In this document: positions 51,651 to 64,000 of the stretch, one piece after another | Layout: each line of letters starts with the position of its first letter | Numbering within the stretch: position 1 is the first letter of the stretch | DNA from: Octopus bimaculoides | Lineage: Eukaryota | NCBI RefSeq assembly: GCF_001194135.2 | Contig: NC_069003.1 | Coordinates: 5,333,737-5,397,736 of the forward strand | Length of the DNA: 64,000 bases | Reading direction: 5' to 3' | Program-made: the position numbers and the translations under genes | The notes under the pieces: generated by a model | Database searches by the model: none | Told to the model about the DNA's origin: nothing | Seen by the model: the letters and a program-made list of their open reading frames with translations, nothing else

Positions 51651-52202
51651 TTGGTAAGGAATAAATTATCTTCAAACAGGACACCTGGCTTTGAATGTTT
51701 GCAAAGGAAAGGAGATAAAGCACCCAAAAACCAACATAAATTTCTCCAACATTAACCCCCACAACATTAATCCCTCCAACATCAATACATACACAAATGA
51801 ATAAAGGTATTCCAAACATGACCATCCCATCTTTTTCGTATATCTAGGTACACAATAGACATTATACAGCACATCCTTCATTTTCTAAGACAATAGGACA
51901 CGATCAGAAAAAGCAATAGAGAGAGAGAGAAAGATTTGGCTGCTATTTCTAGCTGACTCAAATAATGTAGTTCATACATATATAGTTCAGCAAAGAGGTG
52001 TGCTGTATATAACAGCCAGCTATATATAATTTCTAAATATTAATACCTTTATTTAATGCTGAATATGAGACAGTGTTTTATAGACAGACAGATGTAATAG
52101 CTGAAGGTAACAGGGAACAAGAATTGAGGATGAGAGGAAGTGGTGGTGGGGTGGATAACCCAGATTTATGACATTTTTCTTAGTAAAGGGCTATATTTAT
52201 GC

Positions 52203-52235
<33 letters not shown>

Positions 52236-53283
52236 CATCATCGCTGATATTATATCATATAAAATGAAAAGCAGATAATAATTCTAGCGTTAAATTATGG
52301 ATTAATAACAGATTAATTATATCAGGATTACAGCTATGTATCGTAGTGGATTTCGTGAAATTAACTTGTCAAAAGAAAGTGGCTGTGTTTAAGATGTTGT
52401 TGTTGCTGTTGTTGTTGTTTAGCTGCAGATCTGTTGTTTAGCAGATTTGTGATCACAGACATTCCAGCTGTGGCCAGTCTCTCTTTTTGTCCAGAGAGCA
52501 TATCTGTGAGACTATATTATCCATTGTCTCCTTCATGTGTACCTTTAACATAGTTTCCAGGGAGATCCAACATGACACAGAATGTAACAACACTAGCCCT
52601 TCTGAATTACGGGTACAACAAATTTTTACCAGGTGAGTGAACTGGAACAACGTGAAATAAAGTGTCTTGCTCAGGGACACAACGCATTGCCAGGAATCGA
52701 ACTCGTGACCTTACAACCGTGAGCCAAATGCCCTGACTACTAAGCCACATGCCTTCACTATTGTCTATAAACACAGACAAATATACACCCACAGATGCAT
52801 AGAAAGTATCTGTCGGTTACTTACTGTAGTAATCCCCCTGAATTAAAAGTGTCGTCTACGGAGGTTGTGAGGTGTAATTATAGTTCCAACATAATAACCT
52901 AAAATATCAACAGCAAGGAATGAGACTGTGTCACTGAGGTGGTGGGAGACAGAGAAGGGGGGGGGCTTTTTATTTCTGTGTTTGGTAAACAGCTGTCAGA
53001 GAAGTGTGCGTGTGTTTATGTAGGCTTGTGTATGTATATGTGTGTGTATATGTGAGAGTGTGGAGGGGTTTCGAGAGAGAGAAAGAGACAGACAGTGAGG
53101 TTTGGAAAGTAATATAAGAACTCCCAGCATCTGCTGCCATATTTTAATACATTCTCCAGTTCTATAGTTTTGGTAAAAAAAAACAAAAATTACTGGAATT
53201 CTTTCTCAGAGAAATCGGCAGTGGTGTCATCGAGGAGAAACGGCAATCAGAAAGGAAGTGTAAAAAAGAACAACAACGGCGGC

Positions 53284-53314
<31 letters not shown>

Positions 53315-54232
53315 GCAACAACTAAAATAGCCTGTAATTAGTTTTACAGTACTTCTTCACATGATAAGGAGTGCAAGACAGTCTGATTCCCCCCAAACCC
53401 CCACNNNNNNNNNNNNNNNNNNNNNNNNNNNNNNNNNNNNNNNNNNNNNNNNNNNNNNNNNNNNNNNNNNNNNNNNNNNNNNNNNNNNNNNNNNNNNNNN
53501 NNNNNNNNNNNNNNNNNNNNNNNNNNNNNNNNNNNNNNNNNNNNNNNNNNNNNNNNNNNNNNNNNNNNNNNNNNNNNNNNNNNNNNNNNNNNNNNNNNNN
53601 NNNNNNNNNNNNNNNNNNNNNNNNNNNNNNNNNNNNNNNNNNNNNNNNNNNNNNNNNNNNNNNNNNNNNNNNNNNNNNNNNNNNNNNNNNNNNNNNNNNN
53701 NNNNNNNNNNNNNNNNNNNNNNNNNNNNNNNNNNNNNNNNNNNNNNNNNNNNNNNNNNNNNNNNNNNNNNNNNNNNNNNNNNNNNNNNNNNNNNNNNNNN
53801 NNNNNNNNNNNNNNNNNNNNNNNNNNNNNNNNNNNNNNNNNNNNNNNNNNNNNNNNNNNNNNNNNNNNNNNNNNNNNNNNNNNNNNNNNNNNNNNNNNNN
53901 NNNNNNNNNNNNNNNNNNNNNNNNNNNNNNNNNNNNNNNNNNNNNNNNNNNNNNNNNNNNNNNNNNNNNNNNNNNNNNNNNNNNNNNNNNNNNNNNNNNN
54001 NNNNNNNNNNNNNNNNNNNNNNNNNNNNNNNNNNNNNNNNNNNNNNNNNNNNNNNNNNNNNNNNNNNNNNNNNNNNNNNNNNNNNNAGTTGCACCGCAAG
54101 ACACCTTGGGCAGGTGCCCTCTACTTTAGCTTCAGGCCAACCAAACAAAGCCTTGTGGGTGCAGTTGGTAGATGAAAACTGAAAGAAGCCTGTCGCATTT
54201 ATGTATGTAGGTATGTATATATCTATCTATCA

Positions 54233-54830
54233 TCATCATCATCATTTAATGTCTGTTGTCCATGCTGGTATGGGTTGGACAGTTTAACCAGAGCTGGGAA
54301 GCTGGAGAGCTGCACCAGGTTCCAGTCTGATTTGGCTTGACTTCTACATGCCAACCACTTCATAGAGTGTGCTGGGTGCTGTTATGTGGCACTGCAAGGG
54401 TGCATGGGCACTTTTATATGGCACTGCACAGGCACTTTAACTTGGCACCACCTCTGTGAGACCCAACTTTCAAGTGTTGGGCCCCATGGAGGCAATTACT
54501 GACACCTTTGGCATTATGTTGCGCTTGAGAAGAAGACCCATCGAGTTGAGCAAAATTGCAGTCATGGCAGATAATGATCTTGCACAAATGGCACCAATGA
54601 GTGACATGTAAAAGCACCCTGGTGTCACACAAATGGCACCTGTGCCAGTGGCACATGAAAGCACCCATTACACTCTTGGAGTGGCTGGCATTAGGAAGGG
54701 CATGCAGGCATAGAAAACTATGCCAAATCATACTGAAGTCTGGTGTAGTCTTCCAGCTCTCCAGCTCCGGTCAGACTGTCCAACCCATGCCAGCATGGAC
54801 AATGGATATTAGATGATGATGATGATGATG
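54233..54830. mobile_element. Two SINE-D copies head-to-head
   Basis: Minus copy 54233-54420 and plus copy about 54650-54830, each ending in (GAT)n pointing outward. Confidence 0.75.
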
Positions 54831-55732
54831 ATGTGTGTGTGTGTGTGTGTGTTGTCTCCCACCACTGCTTGACAACCAGTGTTGGTGTGTTTACATCTCC
54901 ATAACTTAGCGATTCGCCAAAAAAGAGACTGATAAAATGAGCATCGAGCTTGAAAAAATGAGTACTGTACTTGATTCCTTCAGCTAAAATCCTTCAAAGC
55001 AGTGCCCCAGCATGGTCGTGATCTAATGATTGAAACAAGTGTTTTTTTTTTTTCCCTGCATGTTTTGGTATCTTTCCTGAGGAGTGTAATCAAGAAGCTC
55101 GCTTTGTAACCACAGGGATTCCGGTTCAGTCCCACTACTATTATTACAATTATTATTATTATTACTATTATTATTACTATTATTATTATAATTATTATTA
55201 TTATTATTATTATTAGGCAGTGAGCTGGCAGAATCATTACATTCTGTGTTCAAACACTACTGAGCTTAGCTTTACCTTTCATCCCTCCATGGGCCATAAA
55301 ATAAGAACCAGTTGAGCACTTCCCTCAAAACTGCTGGCCTCATGCCAAAATTACAAAGAATTATTAATCTTATCGTTATTATTATAATCATTATCATAAT
55401 TATTAGTAAGGTTAATTGGAAAACAGTTTGCTTTCATGTTTTTCTATGAATTTCGCAGTCGAAAACAAGTCTGACCCCAAAAGTACATATTTAATATATT
55501 TTCGCTGTAATAGCAGTAGTAGTAGTAGTAACAGCAGCAGCAGCAGTAGTTTCTGGCACTTGTGAGGTTCAATCAATTCAAACGATCTAATTAACCAAAT
55601 TATTTATTCATGACTTCCGTAGCTGGACATCTTCCAAGCATCATCTACTGGTTCTAGAAACAGCTTCCATAGAGATGCAGGAGTGGAATAGAAATGACGA
55701 CGATGACGACTACAACAACAACAACAACAACC

Positions 55733-55764
<32 letters not shown>

Positions 55765-55789
55765 ATTAACGGTGAACTGCAGAGTTATT

Positions 55790-55823
55790 GTTGGCAGGTG
55801 TTGTTGTTTGAACCACAAGTCTT

Positions 55824-55855
<32 letters not shown>

Positions 55856-56356
55856 GGTGGGTTTTTTTGGCAGTCATAGCATATCATGGACTACAGTATC
55901 CAAAGTATCATCCATTTTCCTCCTTTTTTAAAGCAGGTAGGATGCAGTTTCAGAGAAATTTAGCTGCTATTTCCAGCAGGTTGAGTAACCTCCTTAAGGC
56001 TCCATCGTTGGCTTATTCCATCTCATAGCGATGATGATGATGATAACAATTATGATGATGATGATAAAGATATTAATGGCACGGTGGTGGTGGTGGTTTC
56101 ATTTAAACCCCAAGTCAGCCCCAGCAGAGCAGATCTCTAATCAAAGACCTTTCCAGCCATAACTGTTTTGTTGTTTTTTGGGGATTTTTTTTTTGGCAGA
56201 CATAGTGTATCTTGGACAACATTATCCAAAGTGTCCTCTATTTTATTCCCTTTTTTAAAGAAAGTTAACAGAATGTGGTTCAAGAGAAACTTAGCTGCTA
56301 TTTCTAGTAGTTCGTGTGACCTACTAAAGGTTCCATCATTGGCTTGTTCCAGCCAC
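55790..56356 (-). mobile_element. Two tandem SINE-E copies
   Basis: 55790-56020 and 56090-56356; TTAGCTGCTATTTC(C/T)AG and CCATC(G/A)TTGGCTT blocks repeated. Confidence 0.65.
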
Positions 56357-56953
56357 TGATGATGTCAAGAAGGAAGAGGAGCAGGGCGAGGAAGAGGAGC
56401 GGGAAGAGGAGCAGGACGAGGAGGAGGAGCGGGAAGAGGATTATCACAATTTGATGATATAATAGTGTTACACTGTCAACCAGAATGTCAGCGCCACCAG
56501 TTCCACAGACAGACTGTTATTGTCATCGAACTGAATTTCATGGTCACGGCTCAGTCTGCTTGGCTGTAAACAGGTATCACATCAAGATATAGTCAGTGAT
56601 GATGAGAAAGATAAAGATGATAAAGATGATGATGACGATAAAGATCACACACACCTGTACACACACAATGGGCTTCCCTACAGTTTCACTTTACCAAATT
56701 CACAGGCAAGGCACCGGTTGGCTTGCCCAGGGCTATCATAGAAGACACTTGCCGATGGTGCTGCTGCAGAGTGGGACTGAACCTGGAACCATGTGGTTGC
56801 AAAGCAAGCTTCTAAACAACACAGAAGACAAAAAGGCAAAAAGGAAAAAGAAAAAAAAAAACCCTAAAATTCTACAAAGCTGCCAATTAGCATTTCCTTT
56901 TACTCAATAAAGATGATTCATTTCCGCAGATAACAAAATATGAAATGATAATA

Positions 56954-56988
<35 letters not shown>

Positions 56989-56989
<1 letters not shown>

Positions 56990-57416
56990 CCTTTCTACTA
57001 TAGGCACAAGGCCTGGAATTTGGGGGAGGTAAAGTCGACCTCGGTGGATTTGGAACTCAGAACGTAGCGACAGACAAAATACCACTAGGTATTTCGTCCA
57101 GTCTGTTAACAATTCTGCCAGTTTGCCACCTTATAATAATAATAATTATAATAATAATAACAATAATAATAATAATCCTTTATACTATATGCACAAGGCC
57201 TGGAATATGGGGGAGGGGAACTAGCCGATTACATCAACCCCAGTGTTTCGCTGATATTTAATTTATTGACCCTGAAAGAGTGAAAGGCGAAGTCGACCCC
57301 CAGCAGAATTTGAACTCAAAAGAGAGCAACAGGAGAAATACCGCTAAGCATTTCGCCCGGCGTGCTAACGATTCTGCCAGCTTGCCACCTTAATAATAAT
57401 AATAATAATAATAATG

Positions 57417-57478
<62 letters not shown>

Positions 57479-57692
57479 CCTTTCTACTAAAGGCACAGGG
57501 TCTGAAATTTGGCAGGAGGGGACTAGTCAATTACATCGGCCCCAGTGTTTCACTGGTACTTAATTTATCGACCCCGAAAGGAGGAAAGACAAAGTCAACC
57601 TCTGCAGAATTTGAACTCAGAACATAAAGACAGATGAAATGCCACTAAGCATTCAGCCCAGCAAGCTAGTGATTCTGCCAGCTCACTGCCTT
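56989..57692 (-). mobile_element. Chain of three SINE-A copies separated by (AAT)n
   Basis: 56989-57132 (internally deleted), 57176-57391 and 57478-57692. Confidence 0.9.
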
Positions 57693-58534
57693 AATGATGA
57701 TGATGATGATTGATGATGATGATGATATCTAGTGACTTTTACTCAAGTTTTGTTTATTTTTTTTATTTTTTTATATTCTTTGTTAATTGCTATTTTGGTT
57801 CAATGAGACATAAAATGAGAGGAAATATTCCTCCATCTGTTTTGTCTGCTCCAAGAGACTTCTTTCTTAGAATTTACACTTTCTTTAAAATTTCGCCAGC
57901 TGTTTTCAAGAAAAGGTTTGCATTCACTGCCAGACAGGCATGTTGTACCTCACCTCAAAAAACAAGAACAGACCCTGCCCCACCCATTTGCCCATACACA
58001 CCCTAAACACACTCATACGCACAAACAAATGCACACATGCACACACATTCATGCAACATCCCACACACGGTTGCACATATTCAGCCTCTCCCCCACCTCC
58101 TTACATGTGCTCCCACCACCACCACCACCAACACATACACACACCCAGCCATGCATTCACACAGATATCTACACGATCACAACCACATATACAGTCAGAA
58201 CCACACACACACACACACACACACAGAACCACATAGCCTCATACATACAAGCACATGAATACACACACTCATACATAGAACCAACCACACACACACACAC
58301 ACACACTTCGCCTCATACACACATATAACCAACCACATACACACACAAACACACTAATAGACTTCAGTACACTGACACGTGACAGGTTATCTTTTTGTCT
58401 CTTTTCATGAACCCCCTACCATGCCCACCACCACCAGAAATGAATCAATAAAAGGGGCAACTCGGAGTGGGGTGGGGGGACAATAGTGATCTTTGAAGAC
58501 AACACACCAATGGCTGGGGTGAGAGGAGCATACA

Positions 58535-58573
<39 letters not shown>

Positions 58574-59147
58574 GCTGATGCATAGGGTGGATAATGTTAG
58601 GGGTGGATGATGTTGGGGGGTAGAAGGAATGATACCAAGGATCTAGAGGTGGAAGGGGAAAGTATTTGGCGGGGGGGAGAGCAATTCAATTAGAATGCCA
58701 ATGTCAATTAACAGAGTTAATGAAGCTCTTAGTTGCTCTCTTTCAGAACGTTTATTAACATCAACAATGCCCTCCCACTCTGGGTTTCCTCCTCCTCCTC
58801 CTCATCATCATCATTGTCGTCATCTTCATAATTTCTCTATGATATGACAGACAATGAGTAAAGCAAGGTGGTTGTTGTTGTTGTTGTTGTTGTTGTTTAA
58901 TTCCTGATCAGGCAAACTTATGATCAAATCAAAGGCTTTCCGGCCATGAGCATCCTGCCTTTTGCTCAGACACAGTGTCATTTTAGGCAAGATTTATTAG
59001 TCAATCAATGAATGTCTGAGTGGTTAAGAAGCTCTCTTTGCAACCACGTAGTCTCGGGTTCAATCCTACAGTGCATTGCCTTCGGTACCTTGGGCAAGTG
59101 TCTTCTACTATAGCCCTTAGCTGACCAATATCTTACAAATGAATTTC

Positions 59148-59214
<67 letters not shown>

Positions 59215-59216
<2 letters not shown>

Positions 59217-59570
59217 GGGTAAAGACCCCCAGCAGTCGAGAATGACCATGGGATTGCACTTAGGAAGTTCCCCCTCCGAGACACAAGTCCAGGGAAGGTT
59301 GTTTTTGTGGAAGACCAGCAGACACCCATGCATACCAGCCACCCCCTCTCCACGCCACCAATGTTATCCAAGGGAAAAGAGCAAAGGGTCAGATACAGCT
59401 TGGCACCCAGTACACTCTGTAAAGTGGTTGGCATAAGGAAGGGCATCCAGCCATAGAAAGCATGGCAATTGGAGTGTGACACAGCTCTCTGGCTGGCCAG
59501 CTCCTGTCAAACTGTCCAACCCATGCCAGCATGGAAAATGGACATTAGATGACAATGATGATGATGATGA
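59215..59570. mobile_element. SINE-C 3' part (minus) fused to SINE-D (plus)
   Basis: Switch at CAGCTTGGCACC|CAGTACACTCTGTAAAGTGGTTGGC, about 59407. Confidence 0.65.
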
Positions 59571-60417
59571 TGATGATGAAGCTGATGATGATGATGACGA
59601 CGACGACGACGACGACGACGATGATGATGAATACTATCACACACAATCACACCATATACAACTATAGCATCAAATACCATTCACAACCATTTATCAAACG
59701 ACACCATGCTAACACACACACACACATACACACCCTTATATACACAGACCCAAAGACCCTTTTATACACCCAGTAATCCCTTCATCTCATGCTTACCATT
59801 TCCAGTAATGTTTATCTAAATATTCCTCTCTTCCATTTCAAACTGTCTTAGAATTCCAAGTTTATTATATCTTTGAGAGAAACCCCACTGATAGCGTTTT
59901 TACAAAGAAAGTACTTAAGGACAGATGAGTGGGGGGNNNNNNNNNNATATATATATATATATATTACTGTGTGTAGTGCATGTATATGTATATAAGTAGA
60001 CGGATGGATGGATGAATGGAAGGATATACACACATAACACATATATATATCTGATATATGAGTGTATATATGTGCACACACACACTTACACATGATTGCG
60101 TGTGAAGGAGTACATGTATGTATGTATATGTGCATACACGCAGTGTATTCATGCGAGAGGGTGGGGTGTATGTATGTATATATATACATGTATATATATA
60201 TAGAGAGAGAGAGAGAGAGATATATATATATATATGCATATATATATATATATATGTATTCTTTTATTTGTTTCAGTAATTTGAATGTGGCCATTTATAA
60301 GCTTAGTATTTATTCTATCGGTCTCGTTTGCCAAACTGCTAAGTTACAGGGAAGTAAACACACCAACACCAGTTGTCAAGCAATGGTGAGGGGACAAACA
60401 CAGACGGACAAACACAG

Positions 60418-60454
<37 letters not shown>

Positions 60455-62329
60455 NNNNNNNNNNNNNNNNNNNNNNNNNNNNNNNNNNNNNNNNNNNNNN
60501 NNNNNNNNNNNNNNNNNNNNNNNNNNNNNNNNNNNNNNNNNNNNNNNNNNNNNNNNNNNNNNNNNNNNNNNNNNNNNNNNNNNNNNNNNNNNNNNNNNNN
60601 NNNNNNNNNNNNNNNNNNNNNNNNNNNNNNNNNNNNNNNNNNNNNNNNNNNNNNNNNNNNNNNNNNNNNNNNNNNNNNNNNNNNNNNNNNNNNNNNNNNN
60701 NNNNNNNNNNNNNNNNNNNNNNNNNNNNNNNNNNNNNNNNNNNNNNNNNNNNNNNNNNNNNNNNNNNNNNNNNNNNNNNNNNNNNNNNNNNNNNNNNNNN
60801 NNNNNNNNNNNNNNNNNNNNNNNNNNNNNNNNNNNNNNNNNNNNNNNNNNNNNNNNNNNNNNNNNNNNNNNNNNNNNNNNNNNNNNNNNNNNNNNNNNNN
60901 NNNNNNNNNNNNNNNNNNNNNNNNNNNNNNNNNNNNNNNNNNNNNNNNNNNNNNNNNNNNNNNNNNNNNNNNNNNNNNNNNNNNNNNNNNNNNNNNNNNN
61001 NNNNNNNNNNNNNNNNNNNNNNNNNNNNNNNNNNNNNNNNNNNNNNNNNATATATGTGCACACACACACTTACACATGATTGCGTGTGAAGGAGTACATG
61101 TATGTATGTATATGTGCATACACGCAGTGTATTCATGCGAGAGGGTGGGGTGTATGTATGTATATATATATATGCACAGGGAAGCAGCAATAAAAACATT
61201 TCTTGTATTATTAGGGACCCAAGGGATAAGAAATGCCAGCACTGTACTGGAACAGTGGACTGTTACTTGTCAAAATATGGGTTAGTGAGGATGGATGATA
61301 TAAATTCATTAAGTAAACATAAATCAAAGATGGGGGGGGGGAGGCAGCTCACATGACCTTCTACAAAGCCTCAAAGACTGGTGCAGTAAGATCTTAATGC
61401 TTATAACATAGTGAGTTCTAATTCCATAGTTAAGCCCTTCATTCCTCATGGAGCATGGGCCATTGAGGACTTTTCCCAACTGTTTTCCCCAACTCTGGGC
61501 TGTTCTTTTTTTTGCTTGTCTCCAGCTGGATCCCTGCTTTTTCTACTCTGTCTCAATTCCCTGCCACCAGCTATTTCTAGGGTGTCTTCTTCCACTTTTA
61601 TGGGTTCTGGTCAGGGCCTGATGTGTACTGCACTGAGACTGAACCTGAAACCATGCGGTTGGGAAGCTAACTTCTGAAACACTTGTACCTGATATGCATG
61701 GGAGTACATGAATGGGTAGTCGACATTAGCAAAGGCATCTCTGTACAGTCATCATCAACATCATCACTGAATGTCTGTTTTCCATGCTGGCATGGGTTGG
61801 ACGGTTTGACAGGAACTGACCAGCTGAAGGGCTGTGCTAGCTCCATGTCTGTTTTGGCATGGTTTCTTGTTTCTATACTGCCCACAAGGGGCTACACACA
61901 GAGGGGACAAACAAGGACAGACAAATGGATTAAGTCGATTATACCGACCCCAGTGCGTAACTGGTACTTATTTAATCAACCCCGAAAGGATGAAAGGCAA
62001 AGTTGACCTCGGCGGCATTTGAACACAGAACGTAGCGGCAGACAAAACACAGCTAAGCATTTCGCCCNNNNNNNNNNNNNNNNNNNNNNNNNNNNNNNNN
62101 NNNNNNNNNNNNNNNNNNNNNNNNNNNNNNNNNNNNNNNNNNNNNNNNNNNNNNNNNNNNNNNNNNNNNNNNNNNCGTGCTAATGTTTCTGCCAGCTCAC
62201 CGCCTTCGGCATGGTTTCTACAGCTGGATGCCCTTCCAAATGCCAGCCACTTTACAGAATTACTGCATGCTTTTTACATGGCACCAGCACTTACGATTTG
62301 GGATAAGATTAATTTATCAACGTAAGGCA

Positions 62330-62590
62330 GTGAAATGACAAAATCATTAGCACACTAGGAAAAATGCTTGGAGACATTACGATCATCTGTATTCTGAGTT
62401 CAAATTCCACCAAGGTTGACTTTGCCTTTCATCCTTTCAGGGTTGATAACCCCAATACTTGACTGCTACTTTATTTCACTGACCCAAAAAGGATGAAAGG
62501 CAAAGTCAACCTTGGTAGGATTTGAACTCCCAGAAGAGTTACAGTTAAGTATTTTGTCTCGGTGCACTAACGATTCTGACAGCTCGCCTC
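62330..62590. mobile_element. Two 3'-truncated SINE-A copies tail-to-tail
   Basis: Plus copy 62330-62447 and minus copy 62480-62590. Confidence 0.8.
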
Positions 62591-63840
62591 GTTAATATAA
62601 AACTGATGGATGATTATTATTATTCAAGATGGCATAAAATGCCATATTGACAGTCCTCTTGTGAGATCAGGTGGTTTACAGATGGCAACCAAATTTCTTT
62701 GAAGTGGCATCTGGTATATCCTGAAGCCAGGGACACTAAAACACACAAACATCTCTTGTATTTTTCATTACTTTATGTAGGGGGTGGGGGTGAGCTAATA
62801 AGGAAGTCTTTATGTGGTCACTCGATTTGCTAGAAATAGCAACCAAGTTTTCCTTGGACATAGTTTTTTTATGTTAAAAACAAAACAAAAAAGACATTTA
62901 CACTGACTGAATAATGTAATCGTAGATCTTATTCGGAAAATAGAAAATCAGGATGGTCATGACTGGAATGGCTTTGATCATAGATGTGCTAGATCAAAAC
63001 CTGAAATGGAGATAAACTATGAAAACACATCTTTTATATTATCTTTTCCTCCGTCCTTATGTTCTGAGTTCAAATTCCATCAAGGTCCTTTCAGTGGGGT
63101 CAAGAAAATAAGTAACAGCTAAGAACTGGGGTCGATGTAATCGACTTATCCCCCTCCCCCAAATATTGCTGGCCTTGTGTCAAAAATTTGAAATCATATA
63201 ACCATCATCCGAAGACCAAGTCCTTCATATTCACTTTACTGATGATGGATGCAAGCATAAATGCTGCATTAAGATGTATAATTCTCAACCGTGTGTGTGT
63301 GTGTGTGTGTATGTGTTTCCTTGTCATGGCATTACATGATATTTGTACAAGCAGGATCATTCGTTTCCAGTATTTCTGTGGAAACATGTTTGTTCACAAA
63401 GAAGCACTACCCAGGTTCAAAAAAAAGTGGGCATAGCTGGCTTCTCGTTATCGGCAACGCGGGTTCATTAATTGAAGCTGGCTCCACACATTCAGGTGGA
63501 TACCAACACAATCACAAAAGTAAATAAAGATAGACAGAAGATGCAGAGATTGAATGAGATTCAGCTGTTATTTCTAGCAGCATGAATGACTGTGCATAGA
63601 GAGAGAGAGAGAGAGAGAAGTGGGGAGAAAGCAAGGGAGGTCACCCTCTTTGGTTTGGGAACATTTTAATTAAAATGTTGGAATTCAGTTTATGTTAATG
63701 AGATGTAGGAAGGTCATAAACCAGACTCGGCTCTTATCATTACCACCAGCACTAATTAAAACAGTGAATAATAATAAATATCTCGGACAAGTCAAATGTA
63801 TTATTCATGTTGATTAGAAACTTAGCTATTACACACCTGC

Positions 63841-63850
63841 AATAGTAGTA

Positions 63851-63919
<69 letters not shown>

Positions 63920-63920
63920 A
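63841..63920. repeat. (AGT)n microsatellite
   Basis: Directly visible. Confidence 0.95.
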
Positions 63921-64000
63921 CAATAACAATGATAATCCTTTCTACTGGAAGCACAAGACCTGAAATTTGGGGGAAGGGATTAATTCAATTACATTGACCC

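Overview
Repeat-dense, AT-rich eukaryotic (animal) genomic DNA from a gapped draft assembly (13 N-runs). I found no protein-coding gene I can support, no rRNA, no true tRNA gene and no CRISPR array; most listed ORFs are microsatellite or N-gap artefacts. The SINE repertoire and extreme (TA)/(CA)/(GATA)/(AAT) microsatellite load look like an Octopus-type cephalopod genome (my recollection, not a database result). Content: at least 5-6 short interspersed families (labelled SINE-A to SINE-F here; A, B and C have tRNA-like heads), hAT-type MITEs (CAGTG...CACTG), three TTAA-flanked piggyBac-type MITE families (two in tandem arrays), a mariner MITE, and decayed coding remnants of a Helitron helicase, two RTE LINEs, a DDxD Tc1/mariner transposase and a Tigger/pogo transposase. 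The most unusual items are: (1) a tRNA-like Pol III head flanked by inverted Penelope-like terminal repeats, each with a decayed minimal hammerhead-ribozyme motif (44.7-45.25 kb); (2) a mariner transposase foldback (21.6-22.4 kb); (3) an unclassified hairpin with ~330-bp arms and an 8-nt loop (32.25-32.9 kb); (4) a two-copy element inserted without a target-site duplication, resembling a rolling-circle element. Coordinates of degenerate repeats are approximate (about +/-10 bp).
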